Shown here one piece after another: positions 9,638-20,337 of a stretch of 64,000 nt of DNA. How positions within the stretch are numbered: position 1 is the stretch's first letter; each line of letters starts with the position of its first letter. The DNA is from an uncultured Acidobacteriota bacterium. GTDB lineage: Bacteria; Acidobacteriota; UBA6911. The stretch covers positions 126,085 through 190,084 of the forward strand of contig CAWJKZ010000026.1 of NCBI GenBank assembly GCA_963843575.1, in the 5' to 3' direction. Both the position numbers and the translations under genes were made by a program. The notes below the pieces were generated by a model, which was given only the letters and a program-made list of their open reading frames with translations, ran no database searches and had not been told where the DNA came from.

Positions 9638-12133
9638 CTATCTCACCACCACCCGGCCCTGGACCCGAATCCATCCCTCGGGGGCAGCCTCGGCTGAATC
9701 GCGAATTGCCCGGTACTCGTAGACACCCTTCGGCGTGTCCCGGTCCACGAAAACCGTCGCACCGCCCGAGTCGTCGAGCCGCCATCCATAGAGGATGGGC
9801 ATGAGCTTGCCGTCGATGCTGTAGAGCACGTCGATGTAACGGGCGTCAAAGTCGATGACGCGCAGCGCGAGCGTGCTTTCCCCCGCGATGACCTCGGCGG
9901 GCGTCAACTCCAGCCGCACCCCCGGGATGGTGGCATAGCCTCCGATGACGGCGTCGGCGTCGGCCTCAGGCCGTTCGATGGGCCTCGGGTTGAAGTCGGT
10001 TCTCAGCTGCAGCGGGCCCTCTGAAAGATAGAGATAGTCCAGATGAAGCACCTGGTGTTCGGAGGTCGGCTGGACGCGTATTTCATGGCTTCCGGCAGAG
10101 ATATCCCCAACCTCGACTCCGCGCAGGTGCCAATCCGCCGAGCGCCAGCCGTAGCCGCCCGTCGGCTCCAGCATCAGCGCACCCACGTCGCGTCCATCCA
10201 ACGAAATCCGGCACCCGTGCGGCCTGTCGGCGGCAAAGGCATACCGCAGGTAAAGCAGGACGTTGTGAATCGGGCGGTCCGGGGCGAAGCGGTACGTCGC
10301 GAAATCGCTCGCCCGCTGGCCCCAGGAGAATCCCAGCAATTCTCCTCGCGATGCGCCCTTCATCCTTTCCAGGCCGCCACCCGAACGAGCGTCCCAGGTC
10401 TCGGCCTCCCGGAGGTAGAATGCCCGTCCCCGGGCGACGTGATCGGCGAGCTCCGGCTGGACGGTTTCATAGGCGACCGCAAGGGGTACCCCGTCCCGCT
10501 GGTAGAAGGTCGCCATGCGCCGCGCGCCGACGGAGTAGTTTCGAAGGGCGGCTTTGAAGAGGTCGTACGTGTGCAGGGTCTCGAATCTCGGCACATGGAA
10601 CAGCAGGACATTTCCGGGATTCATCAAATACGGGACCAGAGCCGCAATCTTTTCGGCGTTCGTCGGTAGGTAATTCAGTTCCGCGAAGACCTCCTTCTGG
10701 GCGACCTTTCCGTGCGTCAGGACTGAGAGTTGCGATCCGAATCCCCAGTCCATCAGGGCGAAGTAGCGGTCGGGGTGTCGAGAGGCAAAATCCGCCACCC
10801 GGTATATGGCATCCGACCAGTTTCCCCGGCCGCCCAGGATCTCGAAAGATTTCAGGTATGCAGTTCCGAGCGCGAACTCGGCGAGAAGAAACGGGCCGGC
10901 GACGACCCCGGCGACGATCCGGGCTCGCGTCGCGCCCGGACCGATCACCTCACGGATGGCGCAGATCAACTGCCACAGCCCGAGCGCCGTCAGCATGTGG
11001 GTAAACGGGAAAATCATCACGGCGTGGTGGGGTCCTGTCGCCTGGGCAGTGACGAGGATGAACAGGCAGAGAAAGGCCAGCAGCAGTACCAGGAACAAAA
11101 CCTTCCTGGGGTCTGCGAGCCTTCCGCGTGTGCGCCGAATTCCGATGGCCAGGAGGGCGACGAGCAGACCGTAGAGATTCCAGTCCCTGTCGAGGGGAAT
11201 CGCACGCGGCAGCCAGTCGAGGAACCGCCCCGCCTCTCCCGCGGAGTCGCGCGACATGAGCCGGGCAATCTCGCCCGGGCCGGGCTGGTGCACCAGGTCC
11301 TGGATCGCTCTCCCGTCCACCGTCCGCTGGAAGAGCTCGCCGCGAGAGGCGAGTGATCCGGGTCCGGGAGTTCGGAGCAGCGATTGTTTCTCAAAGGTCC
11401 GAAGCGGGTAGACGATGTTGAATGCGACGAGCGGGGCGCACCCCAGCACGAAGAAGATCGCGGCGACCGCTGCGTTCGCGGGCCGGACCAGTGCCCGGAA
11501 CTTCGCCGGGCAGCACGCCAGTCCGGCCGCTGTGAGTGCGGCGATGAACCACACGAAAACGATCTTGTCGTAGAGGCCGAGCCCAAGCAGGAAGGCCCCG
11601 GCCCCCAGCAACACGCGGCTCCCCTTTGCAGCCCAGCGCCAGAGGTAGTAGAGCGAGGCCATCTTGAGCGCCGTCCCGAGCGCCACGGGTCCCCAGTCCA
11701 GCTTATTGGAGAAGATGAATGAGGGGTCCAACGCGAGCAGCAGCAGACACAGCCGCGCGGAGGCGGTTCCCAGCAAGTCGCGCGCGACCCGGAAGGTGAA
11801 TCCTAGTGTCACGACTCCGACGAGAACCACCGGGAGCCGCACGCTCCAGACACCGCTTCCGAATAACGCGAAAACCGCGGCGTAGAGGTGCGCTTTCAGC
11901 GCCCCGAGATACCCCATGAGCATTAGCGGTATGTGGACGCCGCCAACGTCGAGCTGCCACTCGAGAAACGCCCCCTGCGTTCCGCCCAGGGCTGCGTTCG
12001 CGAAGAGCACCTCATCGTATTGAAGGCCCGGGAGCGGCAGGAAGGTGAGGGCAAAGAACAGGTACAGAACGGTTGCGAGGATCGGCGCCCACTGGGAGCT
12101 GATGCGAGTGAAAGGTGAAGCAGACCGCCGCAT
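9638..12133 (-). CDS. GT-C glycosyltransferase (GT39/ArnT-like) with carbohydrate-binding-like and C-terminal beta-rich domains
   Basis: YDE acidic motif after TM1, SVRLP, multiple TMs. LREAE...YLRYA...GSHEIRV...HLDYL resembles CBM6/35. Confidence 0.75.
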   Translation of the reverse strand: MRRSASPFTRISSQWAPILATVLYLFFALTFLPLPGLQYDEVLFANAALGGTQGAFLEWQLDVGGVHIPLMLMGYLGALKAHLYAAVFALFGSGVWSVRLPVVLVGVVTLGFTFRVARDLLGTASARLCLLLLALDPSFIFSNKLDWGPVALGTALKMASLYYLWRWAAKGSRVLLGAGAFLLGLGLYDKIVFVWFIAALTAAGLACCPAKFRALVRPANAAVAAIFFVLGCAPLVAFNIVYPLRTFEKQSLLRTPGPGSLASRGELFQRTVDGRAIQDLVHQPGPGEIARLMSRDSAGEAGRFLDWLPRAIPLDRDWNLYGLLVALLAIGIRRTRGRLADPRKVLFLVLLLAFLCLFILVTAQATGPHHAVMIFPFTHMLTALGLWQLICAIREVIGPGATRARIVAGVVAGPFLLAEFALGTAYLKSFEILGGRGNWSDAIYRVADFASRHPDRYFALMDWGFGSQLSVLTHGKVAQKEVFAELNYLPTNAEKIAALVPYLMNPGNVLLFHVPRFETLHTYDLFKAALRNYSVGARRMATFYQRDGVPLAVAYETVQPELADHVARGRAFYLREAETWDARSGGGLERMKGASRGELLGFSWGQRASDFATYRFAPDRPIHNVLLYLRYAFAADRPHGCRISLDGRDVGALMLEPTGGYGWRSADWHLRGVEVGDISAGSHEIRVQPTSEHQVLHLDYLYLSEGPLQLRTDFNPRPIERPEADADAVIGGYATIPGVRLELTPAEVIAGESTLALRVIDFDARYIDVLYSIDGKLMPILYGWRLDDSGGATVFVDRDTPKGVYEYRAIRDSAEAAPEGWIRVQGRVVVR

Positions 12134-12200
12134 TGGCAAAACCCGTGACGTATTTTTCAGGACGCAGAACAACACGGGCAATGAAAGACAAAAGCCAAAA

Positions 12201-12285
12201 CAGAACGCAGATTCCGCGGATCCAACGGATTCACGCGGCCTGTCGCTAGGTCGATCCGTGGGGATCCGCGCGAATCCGCGTACTG
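12201..12285. repeat. Palindromic CGGAT/ATCCG REP/MITE-like element, copy 1
   Basis: Begins CAGAACGCAGAT and ends ATCCGCGTACTG, with ~10-nt CGGAT and ATCCG subrepeats. A similar element lies at 50043-50142. Confidence 0.7.
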
Positions 12286-12319
12286 AAAAATACGTTAACG
12301 TATTCGTGAACATCAGTAC

Positions 12320-14557
12320 TTAGTGAACTCGTCCCCTCTTCCCGCCTGCCCAGCAGGCTGCTGCCAGGAGAAGGGTTCCCAAAACCGCAAGGCCCGTTAG
12401 GGCTGCGCCGGTTAAGACAGACCGGGGGGCGTACCGCATGACGATCCGGCTCTGGCCTCCCGGCACCAGGACGCCGCGCAACAGTCCATTCACCTTGTAG
12501 ATCGTCGCCGGGGAGCCGTTGACGGTGGCCTGCCATCCCGGAAAGTGCATTTCGCTGAGGACAAGGAGCCCGCGGCTGCCGGCGCGGACCGCGAGTTCGA
12601 GTCGATCCGCCCGGTATCGCTCGAACTGCACTTCCTCGTGAGAATCGAGCGCTCTGGACTCCAGCGCCGCCTCGAGTGGTTCGCTGACCACCGCGGTGTT
12701 GAGTCCGTCGAAGTCCGGGGACTGGAGGAGACTGAAGACACGATCCTTGGAGGATTCGCTGATCGCCTGGTGAACGACCCAGCCCCGGGGATAACCGCCC
12801 GCGTTCTCGTAGACCTTCCACTGATCGTCGGTGTACACGGGACCGGGTTCGCCGGAGTTGCTGCTTTTGACGACGTACCGCACGTTCAGGTAGTCGTAGG
12901 CGCGCGGCACCGTCGTCCTGAACCTGAGAAAATCGGCCAATTCCGTCGCCGTCGTCCCTTCGGTCGTCTGGACCCCGAAAAGATCTCCGATATTCAGTGG
13001 GCCGGGAAGCTCCAGGTGGACCCTGAAGAGGCCCGGTCTGTTCTTCAGGAACTCGGCCATGTTCCGGCTGTGCAGCAGGGTAGCGAGATAATCCCCACCG
13101 GCCTTCTGTGCCCGCGCCCTGTTCTGTACGATCCAGTAGAAACCGTTCAGATCGAAGAGGACCAGCGATACGAGGACGATCCGCGCGGCCGTGGAGACAG
13201 GCGCCCGGGCCAGGTAAATGAACAGGCCCGAGCTCGAGATGATCAGCAGGAAGGAGAGGTATATCCAGTCGTTTACCTCGGGCTTGCCGTAGACGGCCGG
13301 CACCAGCAGGGCGGCCGCCACAGCGGCGATGGCCCACTTGAGGGCTTTGACGCAGGCGCCGACTCCGGGCGACGTCTCCTTGGACAGCAGCGCCTGCAAG
13401 CCGAATCCCGCCAGCAGAGCCAGGGAAAAATGCGCCAGGTAGATGAAACGCGCCGCACCCCGGGCCACCCACAGGAAAGGGACGAGCGCGTAGGCGAGTC
13501 CGTGCAGCAGCGAGTACGCGCCGAGGCTGTAGCCGAACGCAAGGACCGCGACCACGGTCAGGAACCGCACCCACCTGTCGCCCCACTTCTGCCAGATGCC
13601 GAAAGCAGCGAGCATGAGGGGCAAGACCCCGAAGTAAAGCGAGAAACCCTCGCCTCCGACAGAACCTCCGAAAGCAGTGGGAAACAGCAGGGTGGCGAGA
13701 GACCGGACCTGGAATTCGTCGTGCAGGTCGGCATACGGGATCTTCACGGTCGCGGGCACCGGGGCATCCGCGCCGATGTGGCGTACCGCGAGCGGGCTGT
13801 ATTCGATAGAGGGGAGAAGCTGGATCGCTCCCAGGCAAAAAGCGAAAAGGCCGACGACGGCGACCACGGCAATCGAACGAATCCAGCGGGACAGGGAGCG
13901 CGGCTTCTCGCAGGCGACATAGGCCGCAGCCGCTGCGACGGCCGCCCCGTCCATTATTACGATGTGGATGCGCCCGGCGAGAATGGCCATCCCCAGCGCG
14001 ACGCCTGAAAGACACGCAAACAGGGCGACCCAGCGGGCCCCCGACGTACGTAGGGCCCGGAGCAAGAACAGGATTACGAGCGGCAACCATATTCCGCTGT
14101 CGAGCATGTCCGGCCACGGCAGCTTTGCCAGGAATCCCGCCAGGGAAAAGCAGAGCGAAGACACGAAGGCGGCGAACGGCCCGAGCCCCAATTCCCTGGC
14201 GAGCAGGAAGAGAAAGCACGCGGCCAGGATGTGCGTGAGAACGTAATAATCGTGAAAGAGCTTCGGGGATAAGAGGCCCGAGCGATTCAGGGGCCAGGCA
14301 TAAAGCAGCATTTTCGGCGGGTAAAAGAGGCCCGTCTCCATTCCACCAACGAAGGTCCGCCCGGCATGGGTGTAGGGATCCCACAACGGCACGATCCCCT
14401 GGTGAAAGGCAGCCGAAGAAAAATGGTACCAGGCATAGGCCTGGTTGGCCTGTTCCTGCTGCATCAGGACGGAGAATTGCTGGGTGAGAGTGATCTTCCA
14501 GAAAAACAAGACCGTGACGGCGAAGATCAGGGACATCCACTTCAAGTTGGTCTTCAT
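12320..14557 (-). CDS. YfhO family GT-C membrane protein
   Basis: PLWDPYTHAG...FYPP. C-terminal LSEMHFPGWQATVNG...VPGGQSRIVMRY. Confidence 0.88.
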   Translation of the reverse strand: MKTNLKWMSLIFAVTVLFFWKITLTQQFSVLMQQEQANQAYAWYHFSSAAFHQGIVPLWDPYTHAGRTFVGGMETGLFYPPKMLLYAWPLNRSGLLSPKLFHDYYVLTHILAACFLFLLARELGLGPFAAFVSSLCFSLAGFLAKLPWPDMLDSGIWLPLVILFLLRALRTSGARWVALFACLSGVALGMAILAGRIHIVIMDGAAVAAAAAYVACEKPRSLSRWIRSIAVVAVVGLFAFCLGAIQLLPSIEYSPLAVRHIGADAPVPATVKIPYADLHDEFQVRSLATLLFPTAFGGSVGGEGFSLYFGVLPLMLAAFGIWQKWGDRWVRFLTVVAVLAFGYSLGAYSLLHGLAYALVPFLWVARGAARFIYLAHFSLALLAGFGLQALLSKETSPGVGACVKALKWAIAAVAAALLVPAVYGKPEVNDWIYLSFLLIISSSGLFIYLARAPVSTAARIVLVSLVLFDLNGFYWIVQNRARAQKAGGDYLATLLHSRNMAEFLKNRPGLFRVHLELPGPLNIGDLFGVQTTEGTTATELADFLRFRTTVPRAYDYLNVRYVVKSSNSGEPGPVYTDDQWKVYENAGGYPRGWVVHQAISESSKDRVFSLLQSPDFDGLNTAVVSEPLEAALESRALDSHEEVQFERYRADRLELAVRAGSRGLLVLSEMHFPGWQATVNGSPATIYKVNGLLRGVLVPGGQSRIVMRYAPRSVLTGAALTGLAVLGTLLLAAACWAGGKRGRVH

Positions 14558-14725
14558 GATTCCTTGGACTTGCAGCAGAGCTTCCGGCAACGACGGCTGT
14601 CCTACTGGGCAGCCTCGAACTGTATACCAGCGGCAGCCGGCGATGCAAGGCGGTGCCGGAGTGGGCACGCAGATCGCACTGTTTTGCGCTGCCTCGATAA
14701 CTGGAAGCAGCAGAATGCCTTGCGC

Positions 14726-14754
14726 TTGACAACCCCGGAGGTGGGTTGTAGGTT
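14726..14754 (+). promoter_or_regulatory. Putative sigma-70 promoter of fhs
   Basis: TTGACA-N17-TAGGTT about 70 nt upstream of the fhs start. Confidence 0.5.
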
Positions 14755-14825
14755 GAGGGCGCACTTGCCTGATGTGCTGGTGCTCCGCATGTGCGTCTGC
14801 TTTTGAATTTCCACAGGAGCCTACC

Positions 14826-16590
14826 GTGGCCTACGACGCGACCAGGATACCGGATTGGCAGATTGCCCAGGCTGTCGAGAAGAACATGCCCACTCCGGAG
14901 GAGTGGAGGCAGAAGCTGGGCCTCGAGAAGGACGAAGTCATCCCGATGGGGAAGGTGTGCAAGCTCGACTTCCTCAAAATCATCAACCGGCTGGGGAACA
15001 GGCCGAACGGAAAGTACATCGAGGTCACCGCCATCACGCCGACGCCGCTCGGAGAGGGGAAGACCACCACGTCGCTTGGACTCATCCAGGGCCTCGGAAA
15101 GAGAGGGAAGAACGTGGGGGGCTGTTTGAGGCAGCCTTCGGGGGGGCCCACCATGAACATCAAAGGGACGGCGGCCGGAGGCGGAAACGCTTTGCTGATC
15201 CCGATGACCGAGTTTTCGATGGGGCTCACCGGGGACATGAACGAAGTCGTCAACGCCCACAACCTCGCCATGGTGGCGCTCACGGCCAGGATGCAGCACG
15301 AACGCAACTACGACGACGAGCAGCTCCGGAAGCTGACCCGCATGCGCCGCCTCGATGTCGACCCGACCCGCGTGGAGTTCGGGTGGATCATGGACTTTTG
15401 CGCCCAAGCCCTGCGCAGCATCATCATCGGGATCGGGGGCCGGAATGACGGCTACATGATGAAGTCCCAGTTCAACATCGCACCGAGTTCCGAACTCATG
15501 GCGATCCTGGCAGTGGTGTGCGACCTAGCGGATCTGCGCACGCGCCTGGGCGAAATCACGGTGGCATTCGACCGGAAGGGGAATCCCGTTACCACCTCCG
15601 ACCTGGAAGTCGCCGGCGCGATGTGCGCGTGGATGCGCAACACCATAAACCCGACGCTGTGCAGCACGGCGGAATATCAGCCGTGCATGGTGCACGCGGG
15701 TCCGTTTGCCAACATTGCCGTGGGCCAGTCGTCGGTCATAGGGGACCGGGTCGGGCTCAAGCTGTTCGACTATCACGTGACCGAGAGCGGGTTCGGGGCC
15801 GATATCGGGTTCGAGAAGTTCTGGAATGTCAAGTCGAGGTACAGCGGCTTGAAGCCGCACGTCTCCGTGCTGACGGCCACGATCCGTGCTCTGAAGATGC
15901 ACGGGGGCGGCCCCACCGTCACCGCGGGACTGACGCTCCCGGAGAACTACACCCGCGAAAACCTGGCCCTGGTCGAGAAGGGGCTCGGCAACCTCGTCCA
16001 CCATATCGGGATCATCCGCCGTTCCGGCATGAACCCGGTGGTCTGCCTGAACGCATTTCACACCGACACGCGGGAAGAGATCAAACTGGTCCGCGGTGCC
16101 GCCGAGGCGGCAGGAGCCCGCTTTGCCCTGTCCGAGCACTGGAGCAAAGGGGGTGACGGTGCGCTCGACCTGGCCGACGCGGTTGCGGACGCGTGCCGCG
16201 AAGAGAGCGACGTGCGCTTCCTCTATCCGCTCGAGACAAAGCTGCGCGAGCGCGTCGAGATCATCGCGCGTGAAGTGTACGGGGCCGACGGCGTGTCGTG
16301 GACGCAGGAGGCGCTGGCCAAGGCCAAGATGTTCGAGTCCAACCCGAAGTACGATGAGTACGCCACCCTGATGGTCAAAACGCACCTGAGCCTGAGCCAT
16401 GACCCTGTCCTCAAGGGCGTGCCGAAAGAACTGGGTCCTGCCCATCCGTGACGTTCTGATTTTCTCGGGTGCACGATTCCTGTGCCCGTGTGCCGGATCG
16501 ATCAGCCTGATGCCCGGGACGGGTTCAAACCCCGGTTTTCGCCGCGTGGACGTCGACGTGAAGACCGGGGAGGTGATGGGCCTCTTCTAG
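14826..16590 (+). CDS. fhs: Formate--tetrahydrofolate ligase (apparent frameshift near 16425-16430)
   Basis: [40 protein letters not shown]. The C-terminus WVLPIRD...LMPG...GLF continues in another frame. Confidence 0.93.
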
Positions 16591-16690
16591 GCCGGGTTGA
16601 ACGAGGAGGCCGGCCACGGAGTCCCGGTGCGGTTCCTCCTTGGGGGCGGATTGTTCCGGCTGGTTGCGTTGTGCTAGGCTGTCGCCGTTT

Positions 16691-17488
16691 ATGGCAAGGC
16701 GTCTCACTGTCGACATCGTTATCCCGGTCTACAACGAGGAGGCGGCAATCCGCCCGTGTGTCGAGCGGTTGAGCCAGTTCCTCGCCGAAGAATTTCAGCA
16801 CCCATGGCAGATTATCATCGCCAACAACGGTTCCACTGACCGCACCCTGGGGGTGGCCAGGGAAATTAGCGCTGCGGACAGGCGCGTGCGCGTGCTTGAC
16901 CTGGACCGCAAGGGCCGAGGCTTGGCGCTGCGCAGGGCGTGGGGGGAGAGTTCCGCCGACGTGGTCAGCTACATGGACGTGGACCTGTCGACGAACCTGC
17001 GTTACTTCCCACTGCTCGTCGAGGGCCTGCGCTGCGGGTACGACATAGCGGTCGGGTCGCGCCTTATGCAGGCGTCGATCGTGGCGCGCCGGTTGAAACG
17101 CGAGGTGCTCTCGAGGGGTTTCAACTTTCTGATCCGCATGCTGTTCCGGACGCGCTTTTCCGATGCCCAGTGCGGTTTCAAGGCCCTCCGTCGCCAGGCG
17201 GCACAACTGTTGTTGCCGCACGTCCTCAACAACAGTTGGTTCTTCGACGCCGAGCTTCTGATCCTCGCCGAGAAGAACAGTTTCCGCATATTCGAGGCAC
17301 CGGTGGAGTGGATGGAAGACCTCGACAGCCGCGTACACCTGCAGGCGACCGCGGTCGAGGACCTGCGCGGGCTTGCGCGCATGCGGACCCGCCGCCTGAA
17401 ACTCGAACTGCCGCCGCGCGAAGACTCCTTCGGCTCGATGCAGACAACGCGCACGCTGGGAAGCCCCGCCCGCCGGGCGGCGGACTGA
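16691..17488 (+). CDS. GT2 polyprenol-phosphate glycosyltransferase (DPM1/Alg5-like)
   Basis: VIPVYNEE, NNGSTD, YMDVDLS, DAQCGFKA, WFFDAE. Confidence 0.9.
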   Translation: MARRLTVDIVIPVYNEEAAIRPCVERLSQFLAEEFQHPWQIIIANNGSTDRTLGVAREISAADRRVRVLDLDRKGRGLALRRAWGESSADVVSYMDVDLSTNLRYFPLLVEGLRCGYDIAVGSRLMQASIVARRLKREVLSRGFNFLIRMLFRTRFSDAQCGFKALRRQAAQLLLPHVLNNSWFFDAELLILAEKNSFRIFEAPVEWMEDLDSRVHLQATAVEDLRGLARMRTRRLKLELPPREDSFGSMQTTRTLGSPARRAAD

Positions 17489-17500
17489 GGGACGCCGAAT

Positions 17501-18106
17501 ATGTCGCTCCTCCGGCTGAAGGACCGGTTCCTGGCCAACCCTTGGGTTTACGACCACCTCCGACCCCTGGTCGTCGGCGGCATCGATCACGCGGAACTCG
17601 CCCGTTTCTGCGGCGTGGGGCCCGACGACCGGGTCTTCGATCTGGGGTGCGGAACGGGCCAGTTGGTGCCCCATATCACGTGCGCGGAGTACCTGGGCGC
17701 CGACCTGGACGAGGAGGCGCTGAAGAGGGCCGCACGCTACGCCTCCGCGGGCGTCCGGTTCATCCACGGAGACCAGTGGGATTCGGCGCTGGGCGTGCTG
17801 CGGCCGACAGTCGTCCTGATGATCGGCGTCGTCCACCATCTGGCCGACGGCGACTTCCACTCGCTCATCGACAGGTTGCGCCGGCAGGGAAGCGTGCGTC
17901 GTATCGTCACGCTCGATGTCTCCTACCTCCCAGGCGAACCGGTCAACAACCTGTTCAGCCGGCTGGACAGGGGCCGCCACGTGCGCTCCCCGGAGCGGTA
18001 CGAAGCGTTGTTCCGGGAGGGAGCCCTGCGCATCACCGTGCGCAAGACCCTTGCGACCCGGCTGCGCTACGTGCACTACATCGGATACCACCTCTCGATA
18101 GAATAA
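17501..18106 (+). CDS. Class I SAM-dependent methyltransferase
   Basis: VFDLGCGTG motif I and GVVHHL. Confidence 0.85.
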   Translation: MSLLRLKDRFLANPWVYDHLRPLVVGGIDHAELARFCGVGPDDRVFDLGCGTGQLVPHITCAEYLGADLDEEALKRAARYASAGVRFIHGDQWDSALGVLRPTVVLMIGVVHHLADGDFHSLIDRLRRQGSVRRIVTLDVSYLPGEPVNNLFSRLDRGRHVRSPERYEALFREGALRITVRKTLATRLRYVHYIGYHLSIE

Positions 18107-18251
18107 GCACGCCCAAGCCTGATGCGGGCGGCCTGCGGAAACACTCGCTCAGGGAGCACCAGGTCTGCCAAGGGAAATGTTCCCCGTAACCTGTGCCTGC
18201 CGGAGGTGCCCCCTGACGCCGGATCGTTAACCCGCCGCTAGTTACCGCGCA

Positions 18252-18267
18252 TGGCATGACGATTGCC
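18252..18267 (+). promoter_or_regulatory. Sigma-54 -24/-12 promoter
   Basis: TGGCAT-GACGA-TTGCC (GG-N10-GC) upstream of 18316. Confidence 0.7.
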
Positions 18268-18315
18268 TTCAGCTTTTGAGAGTAAGTGGGTAATTCAATC
18301 AGGTAAGGAGGCAGT

Positions 18316-19140
18316 ATGTTTTGCAGAACAGGAATCGTCCTTTCCGCCTTGGCGCTCGGGTTGACCCTTGCGGTACCGCAGGCGAACGCCGACGTGTGGA
18401 ACAAGAAAACTGTCATTACCGTTCGGGAAACATTGCGAATCCCGACGACAACCCTGCAGCCCGGCAAGTACGTTCTGAAACTGGCGGAATCGGCTTCGAA
18501 CCGCCATATAGTCCAGATTTTCAACGAAGACGAGTCCCAGGTGCTTGCGACGATCCTGGCGATTCCCAATGAACGACTGGAGCCGACCGGCGATACCGTG
18601 CTCGAGTTGTGGGAAACACCCAAGGGAGAGGCCCGGGCGCTTCGGGCGTGGTTCTACCCAGGCGACAGCTTCGGCCAGGAGTTCGCGTACCCGAAAGCCG
18701 AAGCGACGGCTTTGACGGCTGAAGTCCACCAGGAAGTCCCTGCGCTTTCGGCGGAAGACGAGGCAGCCCTTGCCAGTCGGTCGACGAACTCCTCCGGATC
18801 CGAGGTCGCGGCGAACCGCCCGGAAACCGCTGCCCCGGCGCAACCCTCCGCCCTGGACGACAGCACTCGCGAGATGGCGAGGACCGACAACGAAAGCACT
18901 CCGCCGCCGGCTCCCGAGACCCACAGCTCGGCGAGTGACATGTCGTCCAGTTCTTCCGACCAATCCGCCAGCGAAAAACAGGACAGCTCGGGTATGGCGA
19001 CAGAGGAAACCTCCGGAGCACATTCCGCATACGCCGGGAGTGAGCTCCCCCGTACCGCGAGCTTTCTCCCCCTTCTCGGCCTGACCGGCCTTTTGGCCGT
19101 CGGCGCCGCCACGGTCCTGCGTGCAGCATCGGGCCGTTAA
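18316..19140 (+). CDS. Secreted protein with C-terminal LPXT sorting signal (sortase substrate)
   Basis: Signal peptide, folded N-terminal domain, Ser/Thr/Pro-rich linker, then ELPRTAS, a hydrophobic segment and a basic tail. Confidence 0.8.
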   Translation: MFCRTGIVLSALALGLTLAVPQANADVWNKKTVITVRETLRIPTTTLQPGKYVLKLAESASNRHIVQIFNEDESQVLATILAIPNERLEPTGDTVLELWETPKGEARALRAWFYPGDSFGQEFAYPKAEATALTAEVHQEVPALSAEDEAALASRSTNSSGSEVAANRPETAAPAQPSALDDSTREMARTDNESTPPPAPETHSSASDMSSSSSDQSASEKQDSSGMATEETSGAHSAYAGSELPRTASFLPLLGLTGLLAVGAATVLRAASGR

Positions 19141-19331
19141 TCCCCCCGGGTCTCGGGAACGGGAGCGGGCACCCGCACCCGCGGAGCCGCAATCCCTTTC
19201 CTGGCGTGCCTTTCAGGCCAGGAGGCCGGGTCGGATACCCTGGTGCTCCTGCCCATCCTCGAGTAATATTACAGGGGGAGGCGTTGCTTCCTGGCGCCCC
19301 CCCATCTGAATTCCAGGCTGTTCACCCCGTA

Positions 19332-20270
19332 ATGAGATTCATAACGCTGGGCTTCTTTTTCGTACTGGCAGTCACGGTCGCTCTGGCCGTGGTGCAGGAC
19401 GAGCCGGGCGACTCCGCGAAGCCCTACACCATGGCCGCCAGGGTCGAGATGGTGGCACTTGACCTCACCGTCGTCGATCGCCGCGGCTCTTTTGTTTCCG
19501 GTCTGACCGAAGGCGATTTTCGGGTCCTCGAGGACGGCGTACCCCAGCAGATCAAGCTCTTCAGCCACGAGGACGTTCCGGTGACGATTGGCCTGGTCGT
19601 CGACAACAGCGGCAGCATGCTCGAGAAACGATCGTATGTCATCGGCGCCGCGCTCGCGTTTGCGCAGTCCAGCAATCGTGACGACGAGCTTTTCGTAGTT
19701 CATTTCAACGACGACCTGGATTTCGGACTCGGGCCGGGCGTCGATTTTACGAGCGACGTCGGACAACTCAGGAAAGCCCTGTTGCGGTTGACGTGCGAAG
19801 GACGAACGGCGCTCTATGACGCTCTCACTGCTGGGCTGCTGCACATTAGCAGGGGCCGGTACCAGAAAAAGGCGCTGCTGGTTGTGAGTGATGGACAGGA
19901 TAACGTCAGCGGAACGGGTTTCGAAGAGGCGCTCGAGCTGGCCCGCCATTCCGGCGTTGTTATTTATACGATCGGGGCGTACAACCCCGTCACCGACCGG
20001 CACAACACCAAGGTGCTCAAGAAACTGGCCGACGTTACGGGGGGGCAGTTCTACTTTCCCTCGGGTCTGCCGCAGATTATCTCCCATTGCCGCCGCATCG
20101 CCAAAGGGATGCGCACCAGCTACAGGGTCGGCTACTACTCGACCAACACCCGGCGCGACGGCGCATACCGCCATGTCGTCGTAACTGCCGGCCCACCAGC
20201 CAGAGGCAAACTTGCCGTGAAGGTACGCGAGGGGTACTATGCCCCTCCGCCGGACGGTTCCGGGAACTGA
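19332..20270 (+). CDS. VWA domain protein (Acidobacterial VWFA-related type)
   Basis: DNSGSM MIDAS, TALYDA, SDGQD, TGG, YRVGY...VREGYY. Confidence 0.88.
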   Translation: MRFITLGFFFVLAVTVALAVVQDEPGDSAKPYTMAARVEMVALDLTVVDRRGSFVSGLTEGDFRVLEDGVPQQIKLFSHEDVPVTIGLVVDNSGSMLEKRSYVIGAALAFAQSSNRDDELFVVHFNDDLDFGLGPGVDFTSDVGQLRKALLRLTCEGRTALYDALTAGLLHISRGRYQKKALLVVSDGQDNVSGTGFEEALELARHSGVVIYTIGAYNPVTDRHNTKVLKKLADVTGGQFYFPSGLPQIISHCRRIAKGMRTSYRVGYYSTNTRRDGAYRHVVVTAGPPARGKLAVKVREGYYAPPPDGSGN

Positions 20271-20337
20271 AAGCGGGGGAAGATTTCCCGGCTTCTCTTG
20301 TCAATCCCGGCCCTCAAGCTATCCATCCCTTGTCGGT

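Noticed and set aside
12246-15407. 1053-aa minus-strand ORF and other long overlapping ORFs (e.g. 54124-56163, 16502-18091)
   Set aside because: Shadow ORFs of high-GC coding sequence that overlap well-supported genes.
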